NCBI GenBank assembly: GCA_003427395.1
Contig: BFEA01000006.1
Coordinates: 6,138,580-6,202,579, forward strand
Length of the DNA stretch: 64,000 bases
Reading direction: 5' to 3'
Source: Chara braunii
Taxonomy: Eukaryota; Plantae; Charophyceae
Shown: positions 27,185-40,708 of the stretch, in pieces
Numbering within the stretch: the first letter of the stretch is position 1
Layout of the letters: each line of letters starts with the position of its first letter
The notes under the pieces: generated by a model
What the model saw: the letters and a program-made list of their open reading frames with translations, nothing else
Databases searched by the model: none
What the model was told of the DNA's origin: nothing
Made by a program: the position numbers and the translations under genes

Positions 27185-30100
27185 TTTTTTTTTTTTTTTT
27201 TAAGTTGCCTTCTCTTCATCGGGGGATAGCCATGTAGTTTTCTTTCACCTCACGTATTTTTAACTGATTTTTTTATTTTTATTTTTATTTCTTTAAGCGG
27301 GCCCAGTGCCCAAGGCTGATATTACCAATAAGAAGATTAAGGTCACGGTCCTTACAGTCTACCTGGAGAAACCGAACCGAACAAGCTGAGAATCAGGCTA
27401 TGCCTCTTCAGTCCTTCCTGGACCACCAGATCAAAGTAATATAAAAAGCTACCTTGCCCTTTAAAAATCAATTGAAAATCATTCCCCCTCTCTACCAAAC
27501 CACTGCAAATCCACCACAGCTAGTTGTGAAGGAGAGAAAAAATTTGCAAAACAATTTGGAGATTTAAAGGAAGACCCTAACTGCAGCGCGACTAGTTCAA
27601 AACGCAAAGATGGAAGTCACTCTTGAGAGATTCTTCTATCCATTCTCCTCCTCGCCACTCCACCTTACCCAGACTTTTCCCTTTAGTTCCCCCCAGCCAG
27701 GTCAAGTCAAAGTTTTGGATTGTTTCTTTAATATCATTCCGTTTACGTAATTTGACAAGTTTAGTCTTAGTTTTTTTTCATCGTGCTCTAATCTCAGTTT
27801 GAATTAAAGGAAGACCCTAACTGCAACGCGACTAGTTCAAAACGCAAAGATGAAAGCCTCTCTTGAGAGATTTTTTTATCCATTCTCCTCCTGGCCAGTC
27901 CACCTTACCCAGACTTTTCCCTTTATTTCCCCCCAGCCAGGTCAAGTCAAAGTTTTGGATTGTTTCTTTAACATCATTTCATTTACGTAATTTGACAAGT
28001 TTAGTCTTAGTTTTTTTTCATCGTGCTCTAATCTCAGTTTGAATAAATTGTACAATTATCTCAAAGATTTCCCTACCTTCCAAGGCAATGTTATCTCTTA
28101 CCAAAACACAACGTTTGTACCAAAGAACCTATAACACTGTTTTTCTTCCTATAGTAAACAAATTGCACTTAAAATCGAAAAGCTGGAAGTTAATAGGTTT
28201 TCAATGTCCTAACAAGATAGCACGTCAATCCCACAGTCAATCTATCCCGGTCAAGCTCCTCCAAATATTATCCCACCTTCTTCATAATAGACCTGCACCC
28301 GAGCACTGCATAAAAATATGTTCAACAGTTTCACAAATTTTCCTATTAGGGAAGTTTGTATAACAAGATTTGCACCATGAGAAAGCTAAACCTTTTTGTT
28401 CTAGATTTGAATGATCAATGAGTCAGTCATTTGTAGGTAAACACTGATGAATAATTTGTCGTTGAAGAGAGGCGAATTTGGTTAGTTTTTGTTTTAAGTT
28501 GTTAAAAAAATTAATAATCTTGAAAGTATTACCATCAATATTCAAATGTCTAGACCGTCGTTCCTGTACAATTGGAGCTACATCCACCCTTGGTCTGAGA
28601 AGACGATATGTTGCCTTGACCGTGATGGATTGTAGAGTTCTTACTTTTCCTTTCTTACTAGTATTCCAGATCCACTCATTTGAGTTCAGAGGTAGATTTC
28701 GAATAAGAGAGTAAGGATGGTACACTCTCCATCTCTTCGTTGATGAGAAATAAACCACTCGAATCATGTAAAAGTCTAGGAAAGATAAAACTTAACCTGA
28801 TCATTGTGGGATGGGTGTAAGAAAAATTATTTTGTCATCTTAAAAATACTCACTATAGCCCCTTCTGGATGAATGTGAGCAATTTAACCCACTTCCCATT
28901 GTTCTGAACCAGTTTCCACTAGCCAATCTCCCTCTTTTAACGAGATACCTTTCCTTAGTGTTCTAACTCAAACTAAAGGGATATAAAAAATGATCTGCTC
29001 TAAATTCTCAGCAAGTTGGTGGGCATATTTGAATTTACCTTTTAATTGCTCCTTTGTTAACTAATTTCTGTTTTTCGTGTCTCACTTATCTTTGATCCTT
29101 AACACTCCCTTTTTAACCCACAAGAATCATTGAGGGTCGAAAGTTTTAAATATGATCCTATTCCAATCAGTTATCTATCTATTGTCAAAGAGAGGTTGTC
29201 TTGGAACCTCCTCATATCAGGAAGGAAATTGTTTATTAGGTAAAGGTAAATTTCATCATGTTTTCAATAACGATATCCGTAAGTTATCTATAAGTAATTT
29301 TTCTTTAGCTGCTCCCCTCAAACCCTCTTCTTTTGATTGTGTCTTTGCCCTTGGAATGCTCCAATATAAATATTCAATCCATGTGAGAGGGTGGATATCC
29401 ATCGTAGTTCATGGTGTTAATCTATGAATTAGCTCTAACGCCATCGGTTGCCAGGGTTTATCATTGGAAAAAATCAGTTTCTTTAACCATTGGGGTGCTA
29501 GCGATTGGCATTGCAGAGATGAATCAAGAAGTCATAACCCTCCTTTGAGTTTGGGTTGGATAAGGGAAAGTCATGCTACTTTAGGGATGACATTTTCTCA
29601 CTCATGGTTTCCTCTCCATAAAAATGTCGCCACCTGTTTTTTTAGTCTCTTTGTGCTTAACCTAGTGATTGCCCATAAGACTGATTTGTACTATATGGAT
29701 GCTAAAACAATATTGCTAATAATTAATGTTCTTCAAAACAAAGAAGTTTGTTGATTTTTCCATTGATTCATTTCGTCAATCGTTAGACGAGAAATTCAAT
29801 CATCATTCGTAATCATTTTTCCTAGTGTCGTTAGAGAGACCCCTAATAATCTTACGGGACCTGCTAATGAAAGTCATTTTGCTTTCGGGTATTCTGGGAA
29901 ACGTACTCCGTTTGAATGGATTCACTATCCCTGTGTCTTATTTCCCTAATTGATCTTCGTATCCGAAACAACTGAGAAACGATCCATTATTACCTTAATA
30001 GAAGCAAGTGGGATTGCGTCATCAGGAATCTCTAATATCTGAAGCTTTTTAATATTTTAATTGACCCTAAGATTTGCTCATAAGGCTTTCATGATTATTA

Positions 30101-32499
30101 CAAACAAAAAGGTGCTAACGGGTCTTTTTGTCTTACTGATTGTTGAAGATGAAGAGATGGTGAGAGAAGATCGTTTACCTGAATCCTTGTAGAGGCGTTT
30201 GTATGTAAAATCCTTATCCATTTTCACGAGTTCGGTCCAAAATTCATTTTATAGAGACAAACATCCACAAATTTTCAGTCAACATGATCATAGGATTTCT
30301 CAAAGTCTATAAACACTATTCTAGCGTTTTATTTAGACTAGCGAGAGAGTTTCACAATTTCATTGATTAGGAGAATGTCTTCCCTTTATAAACCCAGTCT
30401 GTGAGGGGTGTATAATGTCTTTCATTACAGGAATAAAACGATTAGCTAAGACCTTGGATAACATTTTGTATATCACTGTTAGAAGAGTTATCAGCCTATA
30501 ATTCATAATATTTGTTTTATCCCCTTTCTTATGTAGAAGTGTGAGGATACCTTCTCCCACTAATTCACCCATTATACCTGATTGTTGGACTGATTCCACA
30601 TATCCCATTATGTTCGAAGAGAAGGTCGACCACATGGTTTTTCATAATTCCTTAGGGAGACCATTTATCCCAAGGATTTTGACTTCATCCATCTGTATCG
30701 GAGTTGTCCCAATTTTCTCCTTTGTTAATGAATGCTCCAGATGTTCTCGTTGCTCATCTGTGAGGGTTTGAGACAGAGGATCAAAAAAATGTTTGATAGC
30801 TTGTTCATCTCTTTATGGATGTGTAGGGTCCTTAGAAGAAGTAAAAAATATTTTGTAAAAGTCATAAACTATTTTTAGATTTTCTGCTGAAGAATAAAAT
30901 AGTGAAGGGTCTTTAGGTATTGATGGATCCATCAAGGCGTCTATACATATACATCTAGACGTGCTAATGCAAAGAAGGATACATCAATTTGTCCCTCTGT
31001 CAAAAACTTAGAAAGTTTACTTCTAATTATATACCCTTGTCAACGATGTGGAGCAAAGGTCAAAAGTTGGTTTCTAAGGGTCTGTATATCCATCGGTTGA
31101 GACTTTTCATCAATATTTTCTTGGGATTCGTAATTAGGGATTTGTTCTTGAATGTACATTTTTTGTCGGTGTTTATTTTTAACCTGAAGTTAAGAATATT
31201 CGTTGCATTTTGTTGCTAGAAATGTTAGACCATTATTAAACCATACTATGAACGAACTTTCTTCGGTTTTATTTGAGTGTCAGTATTTCCCTACTTCCTC
31301 TATGTACGGCCTAAATTTCATATATGTTAGAAATAATGTGTTAAGTTTATAATTTTTTTTTCCCTTATCAGTTTTTTTTTTTTAAACTTCAAGAGCACTG
31401 CACACATCTTTGTGATCCACCCCTGACCACGGACTCTGTGGAAAAATCGTTGCCCAGACTAATGCATGATCCTGATTTTCTGACATCAAAATTAAAGTTT
31501 TTCGGGATCTGGATTGTTGTGGGGTGCCATTATTCCTTATACAAGTAAAAAGTTTTTCTTATGGGAAGATACAACGATATGTGTCAAAAAGACCTTCTTT
31601 CTCACAAAGAGTATGAATGATGTTCTCATCCTCTTCTATGTAAGACGGGCAAGGAGAAGGAATCTTCCACCGATCTAACCATCTGTCCAGAGCTGCATTG
31701 AAGTCTCCAGCCATAATTATAGGAATTTCACTCGGAATTTGGGTTCTAATCATTTGAAAAAAAATCCCCCCTCTTGAATTTCATTAGGATCGTAGATGTT
31801 AATTACACATATGATTTCCTGCTCTAACTTAACCAGCGCAGATACCCATTTTCCCTGCTCTTTATCCACCACCCAATGTACTACCTCAATCCTAGATTCA
31901 AGGGGGACTCATATGGCTACGCCTCCTGAACCACTTCTAAGTGCTAGAGAGTATATTTTTTGAAAGGGCCATACAATGTTATGAGTACGTGTATGGGTTG
32001 GGGAAGAGGTAAGATGGGTTTCCTGGATACAAATTAGGTTTGGCCATGAACGACCACCGACCCCTTTCAATTATTCCGTTACAGTTTTCCTTTTTTCGGA
32101 ATCCGCGGTAGCTAGACTATTTACATTAAGTGATCTGAGGTGTAGGTCTACTATACTAGTCGCACGATTCCATGAAGGATTTTTTTCATAAAATGCGTGT
32201 AGTGCTTTCATTACAACAAACCAGCTTTTCTTTTTCTTCTTCTCAGTCACCTAAAGTCGGACCCAATTACCATTGTCTAGGTTAGGATTCAGTTGGAGGA
32301 TGCCGCTACACAGAATGAAGCACAAAAATGTCATCACATCTTACACAGACCAAACTATTTTGACCTTGATCTTGAGATTTTGTAATTCTAGCAAGGTTGT
32401 ATGGGAATACCACTTGGGACTTGCTTCATTGTACTCCTTAAAACGAATTGCGTTTCCATGACCAGTGTTAAGGAGCAACTTACTTTTTTTGTCGACAGC
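27185..32499 (-). mobile_element. Decayed L1/Tx1-type LINE (ORF2 with APE, RT and C-terminal region), poly(A) tail at 27185-27201
   Basis: SLNVNSL (~32130), IIMAGDFNA (31559-31753 ORF), LLHKKGDKTNIMNYRLITLL...QTGFIKGR (30360-30635 ORF); poly-T on + strand; flanking ATCATCTGTTTAGTTTTG(A/G)CAC at 27163-27184 and 32500-32521. Confidence 0.88.
27564..28043. repeat. 240-bp tandem duplication inside the LINE 3' region
   Basis: TTAAAGGAAGACCCTAACTGCA...CTCAGTTTGAA repeated at 27564 and 27804. Confidence 0.93.
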
Positions 32500-32936
32500 A
32501 TCATCTGTTTAGTTTTGGCACATGTATTTTCTTTCTGACGCGGTTTCATATAAGCCTTCAGATGTATAGCCGTCTACGGCTTCTGTGCATCACACACTCG
32601 TTTCCCTATAACTTACGCTCGGCACCGGGTTCCTACCTACAACTACCCCATGCTAGTGGGACTTGACCCCAGGTCATGCCACCTATGTTTTCTTGAACCA
32701 TCGGATTCCAGCCCGCGGTCCGTTTTTGCAGCTCTTGTTGAATGATGTATAGCCTCGGGCACTTGGGCCGATTCGTACCCTTTTTTTTTTGCGGGTCTGA
32801 GGGCCTCGCCACACCACTGTCGAACGAAAAACGAACGAATGCATCTACCCGCAGAGAAGGGCAAAATGCATACATTACTATGAATAGCAATGGATGCATC
32901 TTAATATGAATGTCTTAGGGGTTGATCCCACCCCTA

Positions 32937-35149
32937 CACTACAACCCAATTACAGTGTAGTTTTGAGATCCCACCACTTTCCGACGTTGTCGAGGATGCC
33001 AAAATATTTTGTTCAATTTTGTTTGCTCGTGTCGTGGCCGCACATTCGCAAAAGGGTGCAAACGTAGTTAGTACAATTCTCGTGTAGACTGTGAGGGCTT
33101 CACAACCTCGAAAAAGAGGGAGCAATTTTTTTTATTTAGTTTTTTCGCGTGTCCGTTTATAGCATTATGAATGTCCGAGGTGGTTACAACACTGGCTGAA
33201 AGTGCGGATTGTGGTATGCGGTTGCGGGTTCAAAACTTCGTAGCCTTGCGCATGGACACCGGCAGGGCGTTAGAATGACGCACAACTGGATACACACCCC
33301 CTTGGGATGACGCTGGTAAGTTATTACAGACACTACCTGCGCACCACCCAAGGGGTAGTCCATGGTTGTTGTATGTGGGGACTGGGTGATGGTGGGTATC
33401 TTGATGTCCTTGGTCTACGGGGTTGCTAGGTGGCTTGCAAAGTCCGGTTTACTCAAGCCCAACAGAGCACAGCTACAAACTATTTCATCGTGTAGGTCAA
33501 TAGGTTAGGTCACTTGCACAATTCACATAAGGTCATGTGTTCGATACCAAACTGTAACTTAGGGCTGGTCATCCTCTTAGTACGTCGTCAAAGGATTGAG
33601 AGTTGAGGCTGGCATAGCAGCTCCTTAGTACGATATGTCGGGAGTGTCAGCAGGGTAGGAATGGGCTCCAGGGACATATGAGGGAACGAAGGATTGTCTG
33701 CTCTCAGATTACCATACAACACAGGAATAATAGATTATCCAGGGTCAATACATACAGTTCATGATTCACGATTGAGGGTGGGCTATCCTTCTAGTACGTA
33801 CCTTAGAGTTGAGGCTGGCATAGCAGTCCTTAGTACGAATGTTGGGGTGTCGGGAGATATTGCACCTTACCGCGGGGCCGGAACGGGCTCCAGGGATATA
33901 TGAGGGAAAGGAGGATCCCAACATAAGGATAAGAAACTCAGTTCATAACTCATGACCTAGGGTTGGCTATCCTCCTAGTACGTAGCCTAGGGTTGAGGCT
34001 GGCATAGCAGTTAGTACGGAATGTCAGGGGTGTCATGGCCGGAATGGGCTCCAGGGACATACGAGGGAACGGAGGATACCCAACTCAATATCATCACCAC
34101 ACAACTAAGTTAGATGGGGGTCACTTTGCACCCTCATGAAGACCTGTGGTAAGATGTTCATACCTAGCTCCCGAAGTCCCCATGCAATCAGGTTTGCACG
34201 GCGTCTGCTTTAACCGGGGCTGAGCAGGGAGTAGGCGTCTCTGCTTAGCCCCGGTACCTGCAACCGCTGTCTTGTCAGGTTACCCCGCCAAGATGGCGAT
34301 GAGTGATGGTCCTAGGTGGTTAACGCTAGGGTAGGACAGGGGGGGTGGGGGTGCGCCAGGGCAAAAAGATGAGAGGAAGGGTGGGTGGGGTCTTCAGAGA
34401 GGTTCATCTGGATAAACGAGTGGCCCAGTTCTGTGGGTGACTGCCATCCGTCTAGTCTCCCACCTCTACAACAACCTGGGCTTTTCAAAAAAAAAAAAAA
34501 AAGGAATGTCTGAGGACCATAGTGTTGTGTGACATGTCGGTTGACGGAATCCGTGAAAACGTCCGCCCTCTATAACAGCCCGTAAAGAACTGATGCGGGT
34601 CCAGGAAGACCACCAAAGAAGTCGGCCTTGTTTTCACGTCTACATTCATAGTCTAATGATGGGATCAGCCCCTTAGTATGGTTTGGATCCCACAATCCTC
34701 AGTAGGGGTACTTTCGTGAAAAAAAAAAATTCCACATGTTTCCGTGGTGAGCGGACAGGGAAAATAATTCGACTGTTTCTTCTTTGGGCCTCCTTCGTGG
34801 CAGCACGGGAGAGAGTTGTGGCTGGTTTCGTGAACGAATTTCCAAAAGTTCCTGACCCCTACCCCCTCCCCTGAAAGTAGGTGGCTCTGCAAAATTGGGT
34901 TTTCCCTTTTTTTCTGTTGTCGTTTCGTGGCCGTTGGCCGTTGGATGTCCGTAGATGAAGTTGGGACGGAGTGCATGTGGGCAAAATTTGTGGAGAAGTG
35001 CCTTCCCCGTCGGGCCTATGGGATCCAAATTCGTTCTTACGAACCGGTTGGCGCGGACACGACTTTCAGGGTACTTTTTCGACTTTTTCTTAAAAACGCA
35101 TTGTGGGATCCAAGCCTATGAATGTTGTTTTTTTCTTCCGACGGTAGTG
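32937..35149. mobile_element. Possible non-autonomous CACTA (En/Spm) element
   Basis: CACTAC...GTAGTG termini with CTA on both sides (3-bp TSD); inverted GATCCCAC subterminal motifs; but only 6 bp of TIR match and one GATCCCAC lies outside the left end. Confidence 0.5.
33560..34080 (+). repeat. Three diverged ~190-bp tandem units
   Basis: GGCTATCC..TAGTACGT...GTTGAGGCTGGCATAGCAG..TTAGTACG...GGAATGGGCTCCAGGGACATATGAGGGAA at ~33563, ~33782, ~33965. Confidence 0.88.
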
Positions 35150-35174
35150 CTAGGTTGGAACATGAATTGGATCC

Positions 35175-35902
35175 AGTGACCTAACTCAGTTGGTAAGGCT
35201 CGCAAGTGGCATTCAGGAGGTCGTGGGTTCAATCCCCACTCTCCTCATGTACCTTCCAGGGCATGGTTGGCGCCCGCCACCTAGAGATAGACCACTGGAT
35301 CCCCCGATCGGCATTCGTAGGGGAGGGGACGTGAGGGGAGGCACGGGGAGGCATAGGGATTCGTTCTGATGGCATGGTCCCTGATGCTACCGGCTGTCCC
35401 CTAGCCGGTATAGCCCACCTGCAGCTTGGGAGCAGCCCCCGCATGTTCTCTTGTGAACATGGTTCTGGCTGCTACGGAGTTCCCCATATGCCTACAAGTA
35501 GTAGTAGGTGTATAGTATGAGGTGAGTGGCCTAACTCAGTTGGTAAGGCATGCAAGTGGCATTCAGGAGGTCGTGGGCTCAATCCCCATTCGCCTCATGT
35601 ACCTTCCTGGCCATGCTTGGCGCCTGCCATCTAGAGATAGACCACTAGATCCTATTGGCATGGTTCCTGATGGCATTGAGCAGAGTCTGCTGATGTTCGT
35701 AGGGGAGGGGACATGAGGGGAGGCACAGGGATTGGTCCTGTTGGCATGGTTTCTAATGCTACTGGTTGTCCCCTAGCCGGTATCGCCCACCTGCAGGTAG
35801 GGAGCAGCCCCCGCATTATCTCTCGTGAACACGGTTCTGGCTGCTACGGGGTTCCCCGTATGCCTACAATTAGGAGTAGTGGTAGGTAGGTAGTGTGAGG
35901 TG
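35175..35902 (+). mobile_element. Two tandem tRNA-derived (SINE-like) monomers, 350 and 378 bp
   Basis: A-box TAACTCAGTTGG, T-arm GTGGG-TTCAATC-CCCAC, acceptor-like GAGGTGA/TCGCCTC at 35519-35597, TGGCAT in the anticodon position (Ala-GGC-like); structured GC-rich body. Confidence 0.82.
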
Positions 35903-36240
35903 AAATTGAGAGAAGGAAAAACACGACCTGAGCTCGTTTGGGAGCGGCGGCGGCGGCCGAAGCGGCGCTAGTACTGGTGCGCTACGCACTTGGTCCTAGA
36001 GTCGCTCACCTTTCGGCGGGCCTGGTCGGCGGAGACGGTTCCGGCATGGAACACTCAACGCGGGTGGGCACTCAACGCTTTCGTGTTGACGAAAGTCGGT
36101 GGCGGCAGCCATTGTAGATGTTGTCATCGGCTAGAATTGTGCTTTGACGATCCTTCCTTCTGTTTGTTCGTTTTGTTCGTTTGTGTTGGGTTTACATGTT
36201 AATTGTCACTGTTTACTCCTGACTATGAGTTGGAGGGTGA

Positions 36241-38380
36241 TTGCTAGCTCTTGGAATTGCCTGGAAGAATGGAGGCGGTGCATACCCCTCTGGGGATCAA
36301 GACATGGGGATTCAGAATGATAGAACTCAGGTCCCTAATGATAATTATCTAGAAGATGAGTGGGTGAAGGAAATGGTGAGGGCGTGTTATGAAGATGGTA
36401 TCCTTCCAACGAATATCGATGGAGGCACCATGAAGGTGAATGGTAGAGAAGTCGCCTTTGTGCTGAACAGATCGATCGATGAGCTAAAGGTGAAGTGGCT
36501 AAAATCCAGGACAGTCACGGTGATATTTCGAGACGGAGCAAGATTCCTTCCGCGAAGGGTGAAAGAAAACGTCATTCATGCCTATGAAGATGGTTGGATA
36601 AGGGACGACGCCTTTGGAGCCGACTTCAAGCGTGGCAGGATTAAGGTAGAGTCTCCGAATGTTGCCTCGTACATCCCTAGGGCACAAGAAGTCACCGACT
36701 GGATGCTGGCAAAGAAGACAAACTTCATCGATTTGGTGGGTACTACCTACCGAACTGACTTCAAACCGTGGATGACCAGGGCGGAAGTAAGAGATTGGAG
36801 GAAGACAATCGATGAGTCGTGGCGGTTGGGGTTCCTCTGGATGAGATGGTCTTCTTGCGGAATCACGTAGGAAGGGCGATTGGAAGAATAGTAAAAACTC
36901 ACCTCCCAGAAGCTGACGAGACCGACCCCAAGCTGGTTAATCTTCGTTTTGACATCGATCCAAGCCGGAAGGAGCACATGAAGGATAAGATCTGGGTAAA
37001 AACCTGCCAAAGAGATCTGATGGAGGTGAAGATGGCAAGTGCGGACAGCGAATGGTGTAAAAGGTGTCGCACTTTCTTCCACACGGAAGCGACATGTAGA
37101 CGCCCTAGAAGAAGAGCTCATGGCGAGCCGTCTCGTAGCAACCCACAAGCCTCTACCACATCAGATGTTGGAGCCCCTCGTTCAACATACCAAGGTAATC
37201 TTCATGCACCTGGGGTGGCTACACATCAGGCTTCGGGAGTAGGAGCTGGCAGTACTGTTGTACCAAGTGTACCTGCCGGAGCTTCAATACGGTCGAATCC
37301 AACATTCTCTCCCTTTCCAGGAGTTCCAATTGGAGGGGTGGGTTTTCAACAGCCTCCTCCCACGAATCCTGCGACCAATTTTGCCTGGGCGTCCCTCCTA
37401 CAAGGCCTTCCTCAGTACCCACTTCTTCATCAACAACATGGTGTTCCCGATCCGGACCAATTTCTGAATGCGAGCTCGTCCTTTGTGAACTTGCACGCAT
37501 TCTCTCCTTGGATCTTTGGGCAGAGAGGACCCTCTCAAGCCCCGAATTCTGGCATGGGAACCCTGGTCAACAACAACAAGGGACTGCTCTAATTGGAGGA
37601 TCAACCTCATTAGGTGGAAGTCGAGCTCGGGACGAATCCCCTGGAAAATCACGAAGGCTGAGCGAGAGCAATGGAGTTTATATTCAGATCGACCAACCAT
37701 GAGCGGAGGCTTCAGACAACTTTGTTGGTTCGATCCGCTCTGGGTCCCGCACTCCATCGAGAGCCGCAGGTAAGCGTAAATCTTCTTGTGTCCGCATGGA
37801 AGCCCTTTCTAAGGGTCAAAACTGCGTAGAAGCGAGATTGCTACCGATTATTTGCTCTGCGGTTAGGGATTCATTATGGGTGATTGCTTGGATCGGTGCT
37901 GATGGTAACCCCCTGTTGCTCCATGTGGCTTGCACGGAATCCCCGATGCCGTGTGCTACTGAGACCCTCGCTCAAAGTCTATTTCAAAACAAGTTTGCCT
38001 TTCGAATTATTTATGAAATCACTATGCCTCGATTTGTTGTCAATCTTGCCGGTAGTCGTGTCAAGTTCTTTGCGCCGCTCTTCGATGCCCGGTTCTTACC
38101 AGGACAACTGGATACTCTCGAGAGAGAGGGTCTTCGCTTGATTTCTTTGTCGTGGTTCCTTGAAGCAAGGAAGCCCGACCTTCGTCGTATTAAGGTTGCT
38201 ACTAATACGTCGGTTGAGTTTCTCTATGAGCTGAATGCCAAACTTGGCAAGGACAAAAAGCTTGACTCTCTTTTCTTGAAGCAAGCTCTGCTCGAACCTT
38301 GGTCACAGTCTGTTCCTGTTGTGTTATGTCCTGCCCAGATCCAATCGACTGGTGCCTTGCCCATGAATGGGCAGGCTTAA
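36241..38380 (+). pseudogene. LINE ORF1 (frameshifted pieces 36241-36870, 36819-37592, 37796-38380)
   Basis: CKRCRTFFHTEATC zinc knuckle; AVGVPLDEM..L...GRI motif; position immediately before ORF2. Confidence 0.78.
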
Positions 38381-40557
38381 AATTGTCACATGGAATATCC
38401 GGGGATTAGGGGATTCGAATGGTAGAAACAAACGAGGCCGCCTTAAAAGTTGGGTCCACGATAAAAAGGTCGACATAGTATGTCTACAAGAGACAAAGCT
38501 ATCCGAATCGAAAGTGATGGAGTTGGGTGCGTGGTGGGATGGTCTGCAAATTTGGTCACCAGCCCGTGGATCGAAGGGCGAAGTCTCTATCTTGGTTCAC
38601 CGTAACTTAGACTCAGAAATTGTGGATTTCAGTGCGGATTTGTGGGGTCGTTGGTGTTGGATTAAACTTTGGATGGGAAAACAGGAGTAGGTGATTGCAT
38701 CAATTTATGCTCCTACTAACAACAAAGAACGTGAATCATTTTTCTATTACCTTCCCTTGTTCATTCCTGACTGTGATAATTTAATTATTTCGGGAGATTG
38801 GAACACTTCTTTGGATAAGAATGATGAAACCAAGGGTAGTAGGGATGTCATAATATTAACTGACATGATATCTGACTTAGATTTATTGAAACCCTACAAT
38901 TTTTTACACCCTGGTAATCCGGGATACACCCGGGCTTCACATATCCGAGAGGGTAAATGAACTGTCAATAGAAGGCTTGACTTCTTTTTACTATCTGCCA
39001 GTGTTTGGAATGCTACAAGCGATATTTTGGAACAGGATAACACATTGTCAAACCATGAGTCTGTTATGGCTTACTTCAATGCAGCTAAGCCTGAAAGAGG
39101 CCCAGGAAGGACCCATGGGTCAGGGATTGGATGCATAGATTTTGGGAGGACTGGAAAAGGATCCAGGATACCTTTGCCTCAACTGCTGATTGGTGGGATG
39201 ATGGCTCCAGAATTTTCTCCAAACACCTGAGCATTTTCTCCCGCATCCTTGCGGCTGGGAAAAACCAACGAGAAGCTTCTCCAATCAAGAAGGTGGAGTA
39301 CGCTGAAAATTGGATGAACTTACACCCCATCTCTAACCTAGTGTGGAGCCGTATTAGGGAGAAACACATGGCAGAGTGAAATGCTTTTCAACAAGAACAA
39401 TCAGATATTTGGGCGGAGCGGCTTAAAATCAAAGGGATTGCAGTCTATGATCGCATGAACAGAGATTCTTTCCATAAGCTCGCACCAAAACGAATGACTC
39501 AGTCGATGAGTGTGTTGTCAGACCCCTTTGATCAGGCGCTTCCTGTCGCCTAGGATCAGTCTCAACTTTGTCTCTATGCTGCAATGTACTATCAAGATAT
39601 ACTAACAACTAGGCGCCTAAATGAGGATATTACTGAGGACCTTTCAGAGGGCTCAAACCACTGGTCTGCGTACACAACCTGACTCTCCACGCAGGGTAAG
39701 TTGGATATGAACCGCCCGATTACCGAGGAGGAAGCTTGGGAGGCGTTGCAATCCATGTCACATGGCAAAGCCCCGGGAGATGATGGTCTCCCGGTGGAAC
39801 TTTATCTGATTATTTGGGGGGACATTAAGAGGGAATTGGTTGCTATTTATAACCAAGTTTTGGAAGGAAAGAATATTTCGAAGGGTATGCGGAACGGGGT
39901 CATCTCCTTACTGTATAAAAAAGGGGATCGCTCGGAGTTTCGTAACTGGCGTCCGATCTCAGTGCTGAATGTGTCGTACAAATTGTTGGCAAAAGTCCTC
40001 ACTCGTCGATTAGGTCGATATCTGCCTTCATTGATTGAAAAAGATCAAGCGGCCTTTGTCCAAGGTCGCTCCATCTTTGACAATATAGCCACGACAGTGG
40101 AAGCCCTTGAGGTAGTGGAAAACACTAAAGCAAACACCTCGATTCTGATGCTTGACCTAAAGAAAGCTTATGATCGAGTCAATTGGACTTACGTACTTAC
40201 TACATTGCGACACGTGGGTTTCGACGAAAACTTGTGTAACTGGGTGGTAGCCCTGTACTCCCTTTCTACTGCCGCAGTTATGGTCAACGGCAACCTGTCA
40301 GAAACTTTCTCCCTGACAAGATCTTTACGCCAGGGTTGCCCCCTGGCCCCCCTCTTATTTATCTTGCAAATGGAGAATTTGTTATGCAACATAAGAACAC
40401 ATCCCCAGATCATGGGTATTAAGACTGGCTCCAGCCAATGCAAAGTCAAAGCATTAGCCGATGACTTGCTGACTATCTCAGAGAACTCAGTTAATTCAAT
40501 ATCAGCACTGGAATCCTGTCTTAATGAATATTCTGAGTTATCTGAAGCTTCGGTTAA

Positions 40558-40708
40558 ACCACCAGTACTTGGCCTAGCTATCGGCAGCAGAAAACAATAG
40601 AGTAGAAACGTTTCTAGTTGGATGAATTTGGGCGCTCCTGTAGTGGCTCGTACGTTTCCTAAAATTGCGTAGCGTTAACGCTACGCGACTTTAGGAAGTA
40701 CTGGTGGT
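40558..40708. mobile_element. 151-bp MITE with TTAA target-site duplication
   Basis: TTAA-ACCACCAGTACTT...AAGTACTGGTGGT-TTAA; excision restores the RT reading EASVNWSKS. Confidence 0.93.

Noticed and set aside
35371-35490. HDV-like ribozyme (starts GGCATGGTCCC)
   Set aside because: I could not build the nested double pseudoknot or find the conserved L3/J4-2 residues; only simple hairpins
35519-35597. Functional tRNA-Ala gene
   Set aside because: Anticodon stem does not pair, the T-loop is mutated in this copy, and it is embedded in a tandem 350-380-bp unit
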